This document shows positions 1 to 11,785 of a stretch of 64,000 nucleotides of DNA, in pieces (the stretch's first letter is position 1; each line of letters starts with the position of its first letter). Below the pieces are notes generated by a model. That model saw only the letters and a list, made by a program, of their open reading frames with translations, was not told where the DNA came from and searched no databases. The stretch is from an uncultured Thermoleophilia bacterium (lineage in GTDB: Bacteria > Actinomycetota > Thermoleophilia > UBA2241). The stretch is taken from positions 219,669 through 283,668 of the forward strand of contig CAVUGS010000002.1 in assembly GCA_963741075.1 (NCBI GenBank). The letters run 5' to 3'. Position numbers and translations under genes: made by a program.

Positions 1-1063
1 GACGTCACCCGTCTGTGCGACGCCCTGGAGGAGATCGACACGCTCTGGCCCTCGCCGAATCCGGGCGACGCTCATCCCGCCGTGGCCCCGCTGGTCACCC
101 AGGCGACGATGGTGCGCAACTCTACCAAGCACGTCCAGGACGAAGTCCGCACCCCCGAGATGGTGGAGCCCATCCTCGAGATCTACGAGACCGCGTGCGG
201 CGCGTCGCTGACCGAGCGCCCGTACTTCTCCGTCACCAACTGCACGATCGCGCCGTTGCAGCACGACAGGGACATGACCGAGGCCGGTCTGAAGCTGGTG
301 CATCGCGGCGTGCCGATCTTCGTGCTGCCCATGCCGCAGTCCGGCACCACCGGACCCATGACGCTGCTCGGCACCTGCATCCTCAACATGGCCGAGCTCC
401 TCTCCGGCATCGTGCTCTACCAGCTCGCTCACCCCGGCTGCGCGCTCGTCTCCGGGGTGGGCTCTGCCGTCGCCGACATGCGTTCCGGGGGCTACATAGC
501 GTCCAGCCCTGAGATCGGGCTCATCAACCTGATCTGCCTGGAGATGAGCCGCTTCTACGGGTTGCCCACGCAGGCCACGGGCATGTCGGCCGACGCCAAG
601 GCGGCGAACTTCCAGGCGGGCTCCGAGGGTGGCATGACGGCGCTGACGGCCGCCCTCGGCGGCGCCGACTCGCTCATCTCCGCCGGCGGACTCGACGGCG
701 TGCAGATCTCCAGCTACGCCAAGTACGTGCTGGACGACGACCAGATCGGCGCGCTGCGCCGCTACCTCCGCGAGGACCCCATCGACGACACCACGGCCCT
801 CATGGACGACATCCTCGAGGTCGGGCATCGGCGGCCACTTCCTGGGGTGCAGGAGCACGCGGCGGCACTCCCGCTCGGAGGTCTGGCGCCCGCGCGCGTT
901 CCAGCGCGGCACGTTCGAGGAGTTCGCGGGGCGGCCGCTGGCCACAGAGGCCGCCGCCCGTGCGAAGGAGATCCTCGAGACGCACGAAGTGCCCCCGCTT
1001 GCCGATGACGCCGATCGGCACATCGACGAGCTGATCGCGGACTGGGCCGCACGCGGCGTCTGA
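1..1063 (+). CDS. Trimethylamine methyltransferase (MttB) superfamily protein, non-pyrrolysine; 5'-truncated by the window edge
   Basis: Motifs PMPQSGTTGPMTLLG, VADMRSG and FYGLPTQATGMSADAK. One indel near 825 restores GGHFLG...; stop TGA at 1061-1063. Confidence 0.88.
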
Positions 1064-1196
1064 GCCGGTGCCCAGCGCTACCCACTGCTCGGTGGGCGTC
1101 TGGAGTGCGGGCAGTTCGGCCACGGGCGCGAGCCCAGGGCCCTGACCAGACGACTGGACGTCACGGGTCTCGGCTCGTGAGGGTGGAGGGAGCGAC

Positions 1197-2615
1197 GTGC
1201 GACCGAAGTTCGAGTATCTGAGCGAGTCGGAGAAGCAGTTCGTCCACGAACAGACCGTGCGCCTGCTCGAGGAGGTCGGCGTCGCCTACAACACGCCGAC
1301 GCTGACGGGACTGCTCAAGGAGGCCGGCGCCATCGTCGACGAGGCGAGGCTGCAGGCCAAGCTGCCGTGGGAGCTCGTCGAGCGCTGCCTGCGGCAGGTC
1401 CCGCGGGAGATCCTGCTCGCCGGACGCGACCCGGAGTACGACTGCACGGTCGGCGCCGGCGGCATGCTCTACACCACCGACGGCGCCGCGACGTACATGC
1501 TGGACGACCTCACGGGCGAGCGGCACGAGGGCACTGAAGCCGACCTCGCCGCGATGATGCGCCTGTACGACGCCGTCCCTGAGATCGACTTCACGTGGGC
1601 GACGATCACGCCTGGAGACGTCGACGCGCGCGTCGGCAACCTCGAGATGGCGCGCATCACGTTCGAGAACTCGCGCAAGCACCTGCAGGACGAGGTGCGT
1701 ACGCCCGGCCAGGCGCCGGTGATGATCGAGCTCCTGTAGGCGATCGCCGGCGCGCCGCTCAGCGAACGGCCGATCTGGTCGGCCACGAACTGCACCATCG
1801 CGCCGCTCCAGCACGACGCCGAGATGACGGAGGCGCACGTCCTGATGGCCAAGGCTGGCTGTCCCATCTTCGTGCTGCCGATGCCGCAGATGGGCACCAC
1901 GGGCCCCATGAGCGTCCTCGGCACGAGCATCCTCAACATGGCCGAACTGCTCAGCGCGGTCGTGCTGTTCCAGCTCGCGGTGCCCGGATGCCCCATGGTG
2001 TCGGCGGTCGGCTCCGCCGTCGCCGAGATGCGCAGCGGGCTGTACCTCTCGGGCGCCCCGGAGGACGGGCTCATCAACGTCGTCTGCATCGAGATGAGCC
2101 GCTTCTACGGCCTGCGCACGCAGGGCAGCGCCGTGAGCTGCGACGCCAAGGCTTGCGACCTGCAGGCCGGCGCCGAGGGCATGCTGACGGGCATGGCCAG
2201 CGCGCTCGCAGGAGCGGACATCATGCTGGCCTTCGGGCTCATGGACAGCGCGCAGACGGCCAGCCTCGCCAAGACGGTGCTGGACGCCGACACGGTGAAC
2301 GCCATCGAGCGCTTCATGCGCGAGGATCCGGTGGACGAGGCCCGGGCGCTGATGGACGACCTGGTCGAGGTCGGCATCGGCGGGCACTTCCTGGCGCGCA
2401 GGAGCACCCGGCAGCTGTACCGTGCGGGTGAGCTCTGGCAGCCCCACCTGTGGCACCGCGGGACGTTCGAGCAGCACGCCGGCACGCCGCTGGTCAAGGA
2501 TGCCTGGGACAGGGCGCAGGCGCTGATCGCGGAGAACGACGTGCCGCCGCTGCCGGAGGACGTCCGGCGGCACGTGCGCGCCGTCATCGACGCGTACGCG
2601 CTGGGCGCGGCCTGA
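1197..2615 (+). CDS. MttB superfamily methyltransferase with an in-frame TAG at codon 181 (1737-1739)
   Basis: ORFs 1197-1739 and 1824-2615 are in the same frame, separated only by TAG; 472 aa if read through. Clear paralogue of the upstream gene; GGAGGG RBS before the GTG. Confidence 0.88.
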
Positions 2616-2698
2616 GTCGTCCCGCCGCGCGGCCCGCCGCGCGGCGAGGGCCGCCGCGCCCGGTGGCACGCCCGCGGGAGCTCCCCTAGGATCGTCGC

Positions 2699-3380
2699 AT
2701 GGCCTTCACCGAGGTGATCGAACGTGCCCGTGGCGTGAGCGGCGAGCTGGTGCTGCGTCGCGCCCCGGCGGGGCTCGAGATCGTCGCCAACGGCGTCTTT
2801 CTCGTGTCCGCCGCCAACGGGGCCAGCAGCCGGGCGCTCGCCGCGGCCGCCTGGCCGCACGTGGACGGAGACGCATCTGCGCGTGCTCATCGGCGGCCTG
2901 GGCATCGGGGACGCGCTGGACGAGGCCCTGGCCTGCGAGCGCGTCGCCTCCGTCACCGTCGCGGAGCTGGAGCCCGTCGTCGTGCGCTGGTTCCGCGAGC
3001 ACGGGGGCGAGCCGGCGAGCCGTGCGCAGGCCGCGGAGCGCGCCGGCCGTGCCCGCATCGTGGTCGGCGACGTGGCGGAAGTCCTCGCCGGCTCGGCGGA
3101 GTCATGGGACGTCGTCGCCCTGGACACCGACAACGGGCCCGAGTGGCTGGTGCGCGGCGAGAACGCCCGGCTGTACGCGCCGTCTGGCTTGTGCGCGGTC
3201 CGCACCGCGCTGCGCCCCGGCGGCGTCGCCGTCTTCTGGTCGCCGGAGGACTACCCCAGCTTCGAGGGCGACCTCCGCGACGTGTTCGACGACGTGCTGA
3301 CGGCGGCGGCCGTGGACGTGATCGACGGACGGCCGCTCGAGTACACGATGTACGTGGGCCGCAGGGCGGACGGCGGCTGA
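2699..3380 (+). CDS. Spermidine synthase-like SAM-dependent methyltransferase (one indel)
   Basis: VLIGGLGIG SAM motif, VAELEP and DVVALDTDNGP; ORFs joined near 2875. Confidence 0.8.
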
Positions 3381-3446
3381 GCCGCCTCCGGAGTACACTT
3401 GAAGGAGCCCGCCCGCGGAGGCGGCACGGCGAGGGGGAGGCGCGAC

Positions 3447-4076
3447 GTGAGCGACGCTGACGACAGGCTGCTCGGGTTGTTCCCGCTCGGCATCGTGCTG
3501 CTGCCGGGCGAGGTCGTCCCGCTGCACATCTTCGAGGAGCGCTACAAGAAGCTCATCGGCGAGCGTCTCGACGAGGGCGAGTTCGGCGTCGTGCTCGTCG
3601 AGGAGGACACCGTGCGCGAGTGCGGGACTGCGGCCCGGGTCGCCCAGCTCATCGAGGAGATGGACGACGGCCGCATGAACATCCTCGTAGAGGGAGGCCG
3701 GCGGTTCCGCATCGTCGAGGTGCGCGAGCCCGCCGACCCCGAGTCCGACTACCTCAGCGCCGAGGTCGACTTCTACAGGGACTCAGAGCCCGAAGGGTCG
3801 CCGGCGCTGCACGAGGCCGTCCTGGAGGTGTTCGGGAAGATGCTGGCGCTCATGGATGTGGAGATCCCGGACGAGCCCCCCGGCGAGGGTCCGCTCTCGT
3901 TCCGCGTCGCCGCCGCCGTCGACTTCGGCGCCGAGCTCAAGCAGGAACTGCTGGAGTCGCTCAGCGAGGAGCAGCGCCTGGAGACGCTGCTCACGGTGAT
4001 CACCTCGCTGCTGCCGCGGCTCGAGCTGCGCAAGGAGCGCGAAGAGGCCATCCGCGGCAACGGCAAGGGGTACTGA
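3447..4076 (+). CDS. LON peptidase substrate-binding (N-terminal) domain protein
   Basis: LFPLGIVLLPGEVVPLHIFEERY signature; GGAGG RBS before GTG 3447. Confidence 0.88.
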   Translation: MSDADDRLLGLFPLGIVLLPGEVVPLHIFEERYKKLIGERLDEGEFGVVLVEEDTVRECGTAARVAQLIEEMDDGRMNILVEGGRRFRIVEVREPADPESDYLSAEVDFYRDSEPEGSPALHEAVLEVFGKMLALMDVEIPDEPPGEGPLSFRVAAAVDFGAELKQELLESLSEEQRLETLLTVITSLLPRLELRKEREEAIRGNGKGY

Positions 4077-4109
4077 GGCCGTCGGTCTCGCCGCGGCGCG
4101 GCCCCGCGC

Positions 4110-5084
4110 CTACGGAAGCAGGACGATCTTGCCGAGGTGATCCGCGGCGAGCAGCTCGTGCGCGCGCCGCGCCTCGGACAGCGGCAGCTCCGCGCCGATC
4201 ACCGGCTTCACCTTGCCCGCCGCCGCCATGGCCGCGATCTCGGCGGCGATGGCGGCCACTCCGGCCCTGCCCGCGTTGTTCAGGTTCATGAACAGGACGG
4301 ACACGTCCTTGGACAGCGCTTCGCCGATCGGGGCGGTCGCGTCCGGGCCCGGCCCCTGGCCGGTGCCGACGATGCGCCCGCCCTTGGCGACCATCTTGAC
4401 GTCCGCGGGCAGGTTCACGCTGAGGACGAGCTCGTGGACGAGGTCCACGCCCTTGCCGTCCGTGAGCTCCAGCACCCGGGCGGGGACGTCCTCGGCGCGG
4501 AAGTCGATGACGGCCTCGGCGCCGAGGCCGAGGACGAGGTCGGCGGCGCCCGGCCCGCTCGCCGTGGCGAGCACGCGGGCGCCCAGCGCCCTGGCCAGCT
4601 GGACCGAGGCGGATCCGACGCCGCCCGACGCGCCCTGCACGAGGACGGTCTCGCCCTCGCGGAGCGCCCCGCGCGTCACGAGGGCGTAGTACGCGGCGGG
4701 GAAGGCCATGCCGATCGCCGCCGCGTCGACGAACGACAGCCCGTCGGGCATGTGCACCACCTGCGTCTCGGCGATGAGCGCGTACTCCGCGTAGCTGCCC
4801 TCGCTGCCGATGCCGAGACCGCTGAAGGCGACGCGGTCCCCCGGCTTCACGGACGTGATCTCGCCGCCGATCCGCTCCACCACGCCGGCGCCGTCAGACC
4901 CGAGGATCTTGGGCGGCTGCTTCGGCGTCGGGAAGCGGTCCTCGCGTACCGAGACGTCCACAGGGTTCACCGTCGCCGCGGCGACCTTGACGAGGATCTG
5001 CGCCGGCCCCGGCTCGGGCGTCGGGACCTCTTCGTACACGAGCACCTCGGGTCCGCCGTACTCGTGGATGCGTACCGCCTTCAC
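4110..5084 (-). CDS. NADPH:quinone oxidoreductase (zeta-crystallin/MDR family)
   Basis: MKAVRIHEYGGPEVL, VNPVD, GASGGVG and GKIVLLP; intact ORF. Confidence 0.92.
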   Translation of the reverse strand: MKAVRIHEYGGPEVLVYEEVPTPEPGPAQILVKVAAATVNPVDVSVREDRFPTPKQPPKILGSDGAGVVERIGGEITSVKPGDRVAFSGLGIGSEGSYAEYALIAETQVVHMPDGLSFVDAAAIGMAFPAAYYALVTRGALREGETVLVQGASGGVGSASVQLARALGARVLATASGPGAADLVLGLGAEAVIDFRAEDVPARVLELTDGKGVDLVHELVLSVNLPADVKMVAKGGRIVGTGQGPGPDATAPIGEALSKDVSVLFMNLNNAGRAGVAAIAAEIAAMAAAGKVKPVIGAELPLSEARRAHELLAADHLGKIVLLP

Positions 5085-5236
5085 CGCTGCCTCCTCGGCC
5101 GGGGGTCATCTGCGATCTGGGAGGACCATACCCGGCGTGCGACCGGGGCTCACCGGCGACGCGGTGAGCCCCGGTCGAGGGCGATCGTCCGGGCCGGCGC
5201 GCCGCAGGGGCCGCCGGCCGCGCGCGGCCGCGGAGG

Positions 5237-6296
5237 TCAGGCCGGCAGGGACGGCTGCGCCGCCTGCCGCCGGCCCCGCCGCAGCCGCCGCACGACCATC
5301 CAGACGACCACGCCGATGGCGCCGAAGACGACGATGAACGGGAGCAGCGCGGTCAGCACCAGCGCCGTGACGCGGGCGCCGTGGCCGAGCAGCTCGATGG
5401 AGTTCCAGAACGTGCCGCCGAAGGTGTTGCTGGCGTGGATCGCCGCCGGCGTCGTGTCCTTCTCGGAGACGAAGACCGACAGCGTCGCCGTAGGTGGTGG
5501 TCTCCCGCAGCGACTTGAGCTGGGCGGTGAGCTCCTCGATGGTGAGCTGCACCTGGTCGATGCGGTCCTGCACGGCCAGCATCTGGTTGACGGTCGTCGT
5601 CTCCTGGAGGAAGCCGACCAGCCGGCGCTCGACGGCGCGGTAGTGACGCAGCCGGGCCTGCAGGTCGACGTACTGAGAGGTGACGTCCTCGCTGGACGTG
5701 GAGACGCTCTGGACGTCGCCGAGCTTGGAGAAGCGCTTGATGGCGGTCTCGAACAACTGCTCGGGGACGCGTACCACGAGCGAGGCGTAGGGGTCGTTCG
5801 GGGAGGTGGCCGACTTCTCGATGCTTCCGTCGGACGCGACCGGCGCGTCGAGCGGCATGGGCTGGACCGGCCCACCGGCCTGGCTGCCGACGGCGCTCGA
5901 CATCACGTAGCCGCTCATCGCCGTGGTCATGCTCCTGATGCGGTCCACGGTGGGCAGCAGCGTGCCGCGCTTGACGAGCAGCGAGAGGTCGCCGGTGCGC
6001 AGCAGGTAGTGGGCGGACGGCGCCGAGGCCGGCGGGACGGCCGCCGCGAAGTCCTGGCCGTCGGCCGCGCCGCCCGACATGCTCTTGGAGGCCGTGCCGG
6101 CGTCCGACCCCATCACCGGCTCGGGCGCGCCTGCCAGGGCGGCACGCTCCGCCGACGTCGTGGCCGCGCCGGGGGCGCCGCCGGTGCTGTCGGCGCTGGT
6201 CCCGCCCAGGCTGACGAGTCCGACGACGGCGAACAGGGCGACGACGGCGACCATCGCCAGCGGGACGGCGATCATGATCTTGACCTTGCGAGTCAT
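5237..6296 (-). CDS. DUF4349-type membrane-anchored protein (one indel)
   Basis: N-terminal TM segment, LVVRVP...EDVTSQYVDLQARL coiled region, C-terminal TM segment in the second frame. Confidence 0.75.
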
Positions 6297-6417
6297 GGCT
6301 TCCTCCTCCTTGGCCGCGCCCCCGCGGCCGGATGGGCCCTCGTTGGCGGTGAGACGCCGGGAGGAGGTGCGGGGTTCAGACGGCGACCCGGGCTCAGAGC
6401 CGCAGGAGCTCGGCTCG

Positions 6418-9400
6418 TCAGCCGGCCGGCGGCTGATCGAGGAGGTCGTCGGGGGGCGCGAAGCCCCGGCGCAGGGTGTTCTCGGTGATCACGCGGGGCT
6501 CGAGGAACTGGAGGAGGTAGTCGGGGCCGCCGGCCTTGGAGCCCACGCCGCTCATCTTGAAGCCGCCGAAGGCCTGGCGCTCGACCAGGGCGCCGGTGAT
6601 GCCGCGGTTGATGTAGAGGTTGCCGACGCGGAACTCCCGGCGCACGCGGGCGATGGCCGCCGGGCTGCGGCTGATGAGGCCGCCGGTGAGCGCGTAGCGG
6701 ACGCCGTTGGCGATGGCCAGGGCCTCGTCGAGGTCGGCCGCCTTCATGACGGCCACGACCGGGCCGAAGATCTCCTCCTGCGCGATGACCGCGTCAGGGC
6801 GGACGCCGGTGAAGACGTGCGGGGCGACGTAGAACCCGCCGCCGGGCCAGCCGCCCGCGGGCGGCTCGACGGCGGCGGCGAGCGTCGCCTCCTTGCGGCC
6901 CTGGTCGACGTAGCCGGCGATCTTCTGCCGCGCGTCGGCGGTGATGACGGGGCCGACGCGTGTCGCCGGGTCCTCGGGTGCGCCGACGACGAGGCTGCGC
7001 GTCGCCTCTGCGAGCCGGCGCACGAAGTCGTCGTAGGCCGCCTCGAGCACGATCACCCGCGAGGCGGCCGAGCACTTCTGGCCCGCGTAGTGGAAGGCGG
7101 AGACGACGACCTCGGCCACGGCCACGTCAAGGTCGGCGTCGGTGTCCACGATGATCGCGTTCTTGCCGCCCATCTCGGCGATGACCTTCTTGACACCCTC
7201 GTCGGCGGGGTGCTGCGCGGCCTGGCTGATGATGCGCAGGCCGACGTCCATGGACCCGGTGAAGGCGATGAGGTCCACGCCCGGGTGGCGGACGAGGAAG
7301 TCACCGACCTCGCCGCCCGGACTCGGCAGGAAGTTGACGGTGCCGGCCGGCGCGCCGGCGGCCTCCAGGATGCGCGGCCATCTGCGCGGCGATGACAGGG
7401 GTCGGGCCGGCCGGCTTCACGATCACGGGGTTCCCGGCCACCAGGGCCGCGCTGGTCATGCCCGTCAGGATCGCGAGCGGGAAGTTCCAGGGCGCCACGA
7501 CGAGCGCCACGCCGCGCGGCTGGTAGAAGTAGACGTTGTGCTCGCCGGGAACGTGGCCCATGCGCCTGGGCGTGCCCAGGCGCAGCATCTCGCGCCCGTA
7601 GTACTCGAGGAAGTCGACCGCCTCGTCCACGTCGCCGTTGGCCTCGCGGCGCGTCTTGCCCGCCTCGAGCGTCATGAGCGCCGAGAGCTCCATGGTCTCG
7701 GCGCGCATCAGCTCGGCGGCGCGGAAGAGCACGGACGCGCGGTCCTGCGGCGTGGCGTCACGCCACGCCGGCAACGCGGCGCGCGCCGCCGCCACGGCCG
7801 CTTCGGCCTCGGCGCGGCCGCCGTAGGCGACCGTGCCGACCACCTCGTCCGGCGCCGCCGGGTTCACGGAGTCCAGCGTGCGCGCCGTCTCGATGTCGCG
7901 GCCGCCGATGCGCAGCGGGTAGTGCGCGCCGAAGCGGCCGCGCACTGCGGCCAGCGCGGCGTCGTAGGCCTCGCGGTTCTCGCGCCGGGAGAAGTCCGCG
8001 TGCGGCTGGTTGCGGAACGACGCCGGAGCCCGCGGGTCGGTCGGCTCCACCACGGGCAGCCGTCGCGGCGCGGCGCCGAAGTCCGCCGAGGTCTCGGGCG
8101 GGCGGATCGAGCTCATCGACGGCCGCTCCCTCGACGAACGTCTGGCGCAGGAACGAGTCGTTGGCGGTGTTCTCGAGCAGCCGGCGGACGAGGTACGCCA
8201 TGCCGGGGATGAGCTCGCCCACGGGCGCGTACTCGCGCACGCGCAGGCCCATGCCGCGGACGGCGGCCTTGATCGGGTCGCCCATGCCGTGCAGCATCTG
8301 GAGCTCGAAGGCGTTCTGCGCCAGGCCGAGCTCCCGGGCGGTCTCGATGGCGACGGCCAGCGAGCGGACGTTGTGGCTGGCGAACGCCGGGCGGACGACA
8401 TCGGCGGCCTCCAGCATCACGCGCGTGAGCTTCTCGTACATGGCGTCGGTGTCGGGCTTGTGCGTGAAGACGGGCACCGGCCAGCCCTCCTGCGCGGCGA
8501 TGACCGTCTCGTAGTCCCAGTAGGCGCCCTTGACGAGGCGCAGGTGGAACGGCCGTCCGCGGTCTCGCGCCCAGCCCACGAGGCGCGCGAGGTCCTGGTC
8601 GGCGTCGCGCAGGTACGCCTGCAGCACCAGGCCGGCGTCGTGGTAGTCGCGGAACTCCTCCTCGTCGAGGAGTGACGTGAAGACCTCGAGCGTCAGGTCG
8701 CGGACGCGGAACTGCTCGAGGTCGAGCGTCAGGGCCGCCCCCGTCTGGATGCCCTTGCGGAAGATGGGCCGCAGCAGGTGCTTGACCGCGGCGACGCTGC
8801 CGGCGAAGTCCACGGGGTCGATCTGCGAGTACAGCGACGTGATCTTGAGGCTGAGGTTGACGCGCGGCAGGGGCCCCCAGGCGGCCTGGTCGATCACGGC
8901 GACCGGCCGGCCAGGAGGCCGCCTCGGCGGCCAGGCCGTCGAGCAGGTCGAGGTAGGTGCGCTGGTAGGCGAGGCCCTCGGCTTCGCTGACCGTGGCCTC
9001 GCCGAGCACGTCGAGCGTGAACCCGACGCCGTCGCCGCGCAGCGCTCTGAGCGCCGGGACGGCGCTGCGCGCGTCCCGGCCCACGATGAACCGCTGCGCG
9101 AAGCTCTCCATCTGTCTGCGGATGACCGCGCTCGCCAGCGGCGCCACGGGCGAGTGCTGGCCGGTGAGGCTGATGCCCCAGCGCAGGGCAGCCGGCGCGG
9201 CGACGCCCTCGCGGGCGAAGTACTCGTGCAGGTGGCGGGCGATCTCGTGGCGGCTGCGCAGGGTGGGGAAGACGTCGACGAAGCGGAGCATCTCCACCTT
9301 GAGACGCTCGTCCGCCATCGCCCACTCCATGACGTCGCCCTGCAGCCGCTCGCGGCTGAGCCGGCCGGGCTTCTCGCCGGCGATGGCGGTGAAGATGGCC

Positions 9401-9447
9401 CGGGCGGTACCCTGGATGCGGTCCTCAGTGCTTGCGGCGGTGTCCAC
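6418..9447 (-). CDS. putA: Bifunctional proline dehydrogenase / glutamate-semialdehyde (P5C) dehydrogenase (several indels)
   Basis: PRODH motifs RLVKGAYWD, ASHN and YLVRRLLEN; ALDH motifs PWNFP, AEMGGKN, GQKCSA and EEIFGP. Confidence 0.9.
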
Positions 9448-9461
9448 CGTCGCCCCCTTCG

Positions 9462-9992
9462 TCAGCGCGACCGCTCGCCGAAGCGCTCGTAGCTGATCTT
9501 GCTCGCCTGCCGCTGGGTGCGCGGCCCTTTCTGCTCGGCGGGATGGCCGACGGCGATGAGGGCGAGCACGCGCCACTCGTCGGGCGGTGCGCCGAGCAGT
9601 CCGCAGCAGGCGCGCTCGTACCCGACGACCCTGTCGGGATCCTCCCGGATCCCGCACCAGACGGCGCCCAGTCCGAGCGATTCGGCCTCGAGGAGGATGT
9701 TCTCCGTGGCGGCGGAGCAGTCTTCGATCCACCAGGGATGGCCCTTGGCGCGGCCCAGCACGGCGATGACGAGCGGGGCCTTGCCGAGCATCCGTGCCCA
9801 CTGGTGCAGGTCCTTGAGCCGCCGGCGAGTCTCCGCGTCGCGCACGACGACGAAGTGCCAGGGGCGGTCGTTGTTGGCGCTCGGGGCCGCGAACGCCGCG
9901 TCGATCAGCTTCTGCTCGTCTTCGAGCGACACATCCTTCGGCGTGAAGCGGCGAATGCTGCGTCGCGCCAGCATGAGCTCGAGTGCGTCCAC
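9462..9992 (-). CDS. Nitroreductase family protein
   Basis: RRSIRRF, APSANNDRPWHFVVV and LGLGAVW. Confidence 0.9.
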   Translation of the reverse strand: MDALELMLARRSIRRFTPKDVSLEDEQKLIDAAFAAPSANNDRPWHFVVVRDAETRRRLKDLHQWARMLGKAPLVIAVLGRAKGHPWWIEDCSAATENILLEAESLGLGAVWCGIREDPDRVVGYERACCGLLGAPPDEWRVLALIAVGHPAEQKGPRTQRQASKISYERFGERSR

Positions 9993-10097
9993 CAGGGTCC
10001 CTCCGGGTCCGGCTGCGGCTGTGCCGATTCTACCGCCCGTTCGGCGGGTCCAATCCAGTGCCGGTGGCGGTAGAATCGCACAGCCGAGAGGGGACAG

Positions 10098-10559
10098 ATG
10101 CCTACCGCCCGCGACGACATCGCCATCACCGACTTCACCATGGACGACTACGCCGTGGTCCACGTGCTGTGGCAGCGCGGCGACCTGTGGATGCGCCCCT
10201 CCGACGGCCCCGAGGCGACGCTGCTCAAGCTCACGCGCGACCCCGGGCTCTTTCTGGTCGCGCGCGACGGTGACGGCAGGATCGTCGGCACCGTCATGGG
10301 CGGCTGGGACGGCCGCCGCGCCTACGTCTACCACCTCGCCGTGGCGCCCGAGCGCCGCCGCCGTGGCATCGCCGGCGCTCTCATGGACGAGCTCGAAGAG
10401 CGCTTCCGCGGGCTCGGCGCGGTGAAGGCCAAGCTGCAGATCCTGGTCGAGAACGAGACGTCCAAGGCGTTCTTCGCCGACCGCGGCTACCTGCTCGAGA
10501 CCGACTGCGAGCCGTGGGGCAAGGAACTGGTGGCGGGCGGCGCTCCTCCCACCAGGTGA
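10098..10559 (+). CDS. GNAT acetyltransferase (YpeA-like)
   Basis: GTVMGGWDGRR and HLAVAPERRRRGIA acetyl-CoA motif. Confidence 0.88.
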   Translation: MPTARDDIAITDFTMDDYAVVHVLWQRGDLWMRPSDGPEATLLKLTRDPGLFLVARDGDGRIVGTVMGGWDGRRAYVYHLAVAPERRRRGIAGALMDELEERFRGLGAVKAKLQILVENETSKAFFADRGYLLETDCEPWGKELVAGGAPPTR

Positions 10560-10661
10560 TGAGCCCGGGCGTCCCCGTGCGGGAGGCGAGGCGGGTCTGA
10601 AGACGACGACGGCGGCCGGCCCCGCGGGCCGGCCGCCGTCGTCGCTGCGTCCGGCGTCGTC

Positions 10662-11757
10662 TCAGCCGCGCGGCTGCTGCTGCGTGATGCAGTGCACGTT
10701 GCCGCCGCCGAGGACGATCTCCCGGCCGGGCACGGTGACGACCTCGCGGTCGGGGAACAGCGCCGGCGATGATCTCGCGGGCGACGTCGTCGTTGGGGTC
10801 GTCGAACGTCGGCAGGATGATGCCGCCGTTGACGATGAGGAAGTTGAGGTAGGACGCGGCGGTCTTGTCGCCGGGCCGCCGCGGGATGGAGCCCTCGGCG
10901 GAGTCGACGCCCCAGGCCTCCTCCTCGGTGACCTCCATGATGGCCGGCATCGGCACGGTGTGCACCTCGAGCTGCCGGCCCTTGGCGTCCGTGGCCGCGC
11001 GCAGCACGCGCAGGTTGTCCTGCAGGAGCTCGTAGCGCCAGTCGTCCTCGTCCTCGGTGACGGCGGCCAGCACCACGCCGGGCCGCACGAAGCAGGCGAC
11101 GTCGTCCACGTGGCCGTTGGTCTCCTCGGGGTCGATGCCCTTGCCCAGCCAGATCACCTTGTCCACGTTCAGGTAGTCGCGCAGGTGCTGCTCGATCTGC
11201 TCGCGCGTCAGGTCGGGATTGCGGCCGGGGCTGAGCAGGCACTCCTCCGTCGTGATGACCGTGCCCTCTCCGTCAACGTGGAACGAGCCGCCCTCCATGA
11301 CGAGCTGCGCCTTGTAGCGGTCCACGCCTTCGAGCTGGGCGACCTTCTGCGGGACCAGTTGGTCCTTCTCCCAGGGGAAGTAGAGGCCGTCGTAGAGCCC
11401 GCCCCAGGCGTTGAAGTCCCAGTCGACGAGGCGGACGTCGCCCTTGTCGTTGACGACGAAGGTCGGGCCGCAGTCGCGCGTCCAGGCGTCGTTGCTCGAG
11501 AGCTCGACGACGCGCACCGAGGCCGGCAGGACGTTGACCGCGTTCTCGTACTGGTCGTTGTTGACGCCCACGGTGACGGGCTCGAAGCGGGAGATGGCCG
11601 TCGCCACGTCCACCCAGGAGTGCTGGGCGGGCTTGGCGCCGAGGCGCCAGTTGTCGGGGCGCTGGGGCCAGAGCATCCAGATCTGCTTGTGGGGCTCGAA
11701 CTCACCGGGCATGCGGAAGCCGTCGGCCCGGGGCGTGCTGTCGATGAGCTTGCTCAT
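10662..11757 (-). CDS. aguA: Agmatine deiminase (one indel near the 3' end)
   Basis: [38 protein letters not shown] and [13 protein letters not shown]. Confidence 0.95.
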
Positions 11758-11785
11758 GGGGATCTCCTCGCCGCCGGGGCGGCCG

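Noticed and set aside
4137-6488. Long antisense ORFs (this one, 19983-21884, 60500-62494 and others)
   Set aside because: Shadow ORFs opposite real high-GC genes, with Arg/Gly/Ala-rich translations and no motifs.
8090-8130. Split of putA into separate PRODH and P5CDH genes, or programmed frameshift
   Set aside because: No RBS or slippery site; a single indel restores a continuous linker, in line with the error pattern elsewhere.
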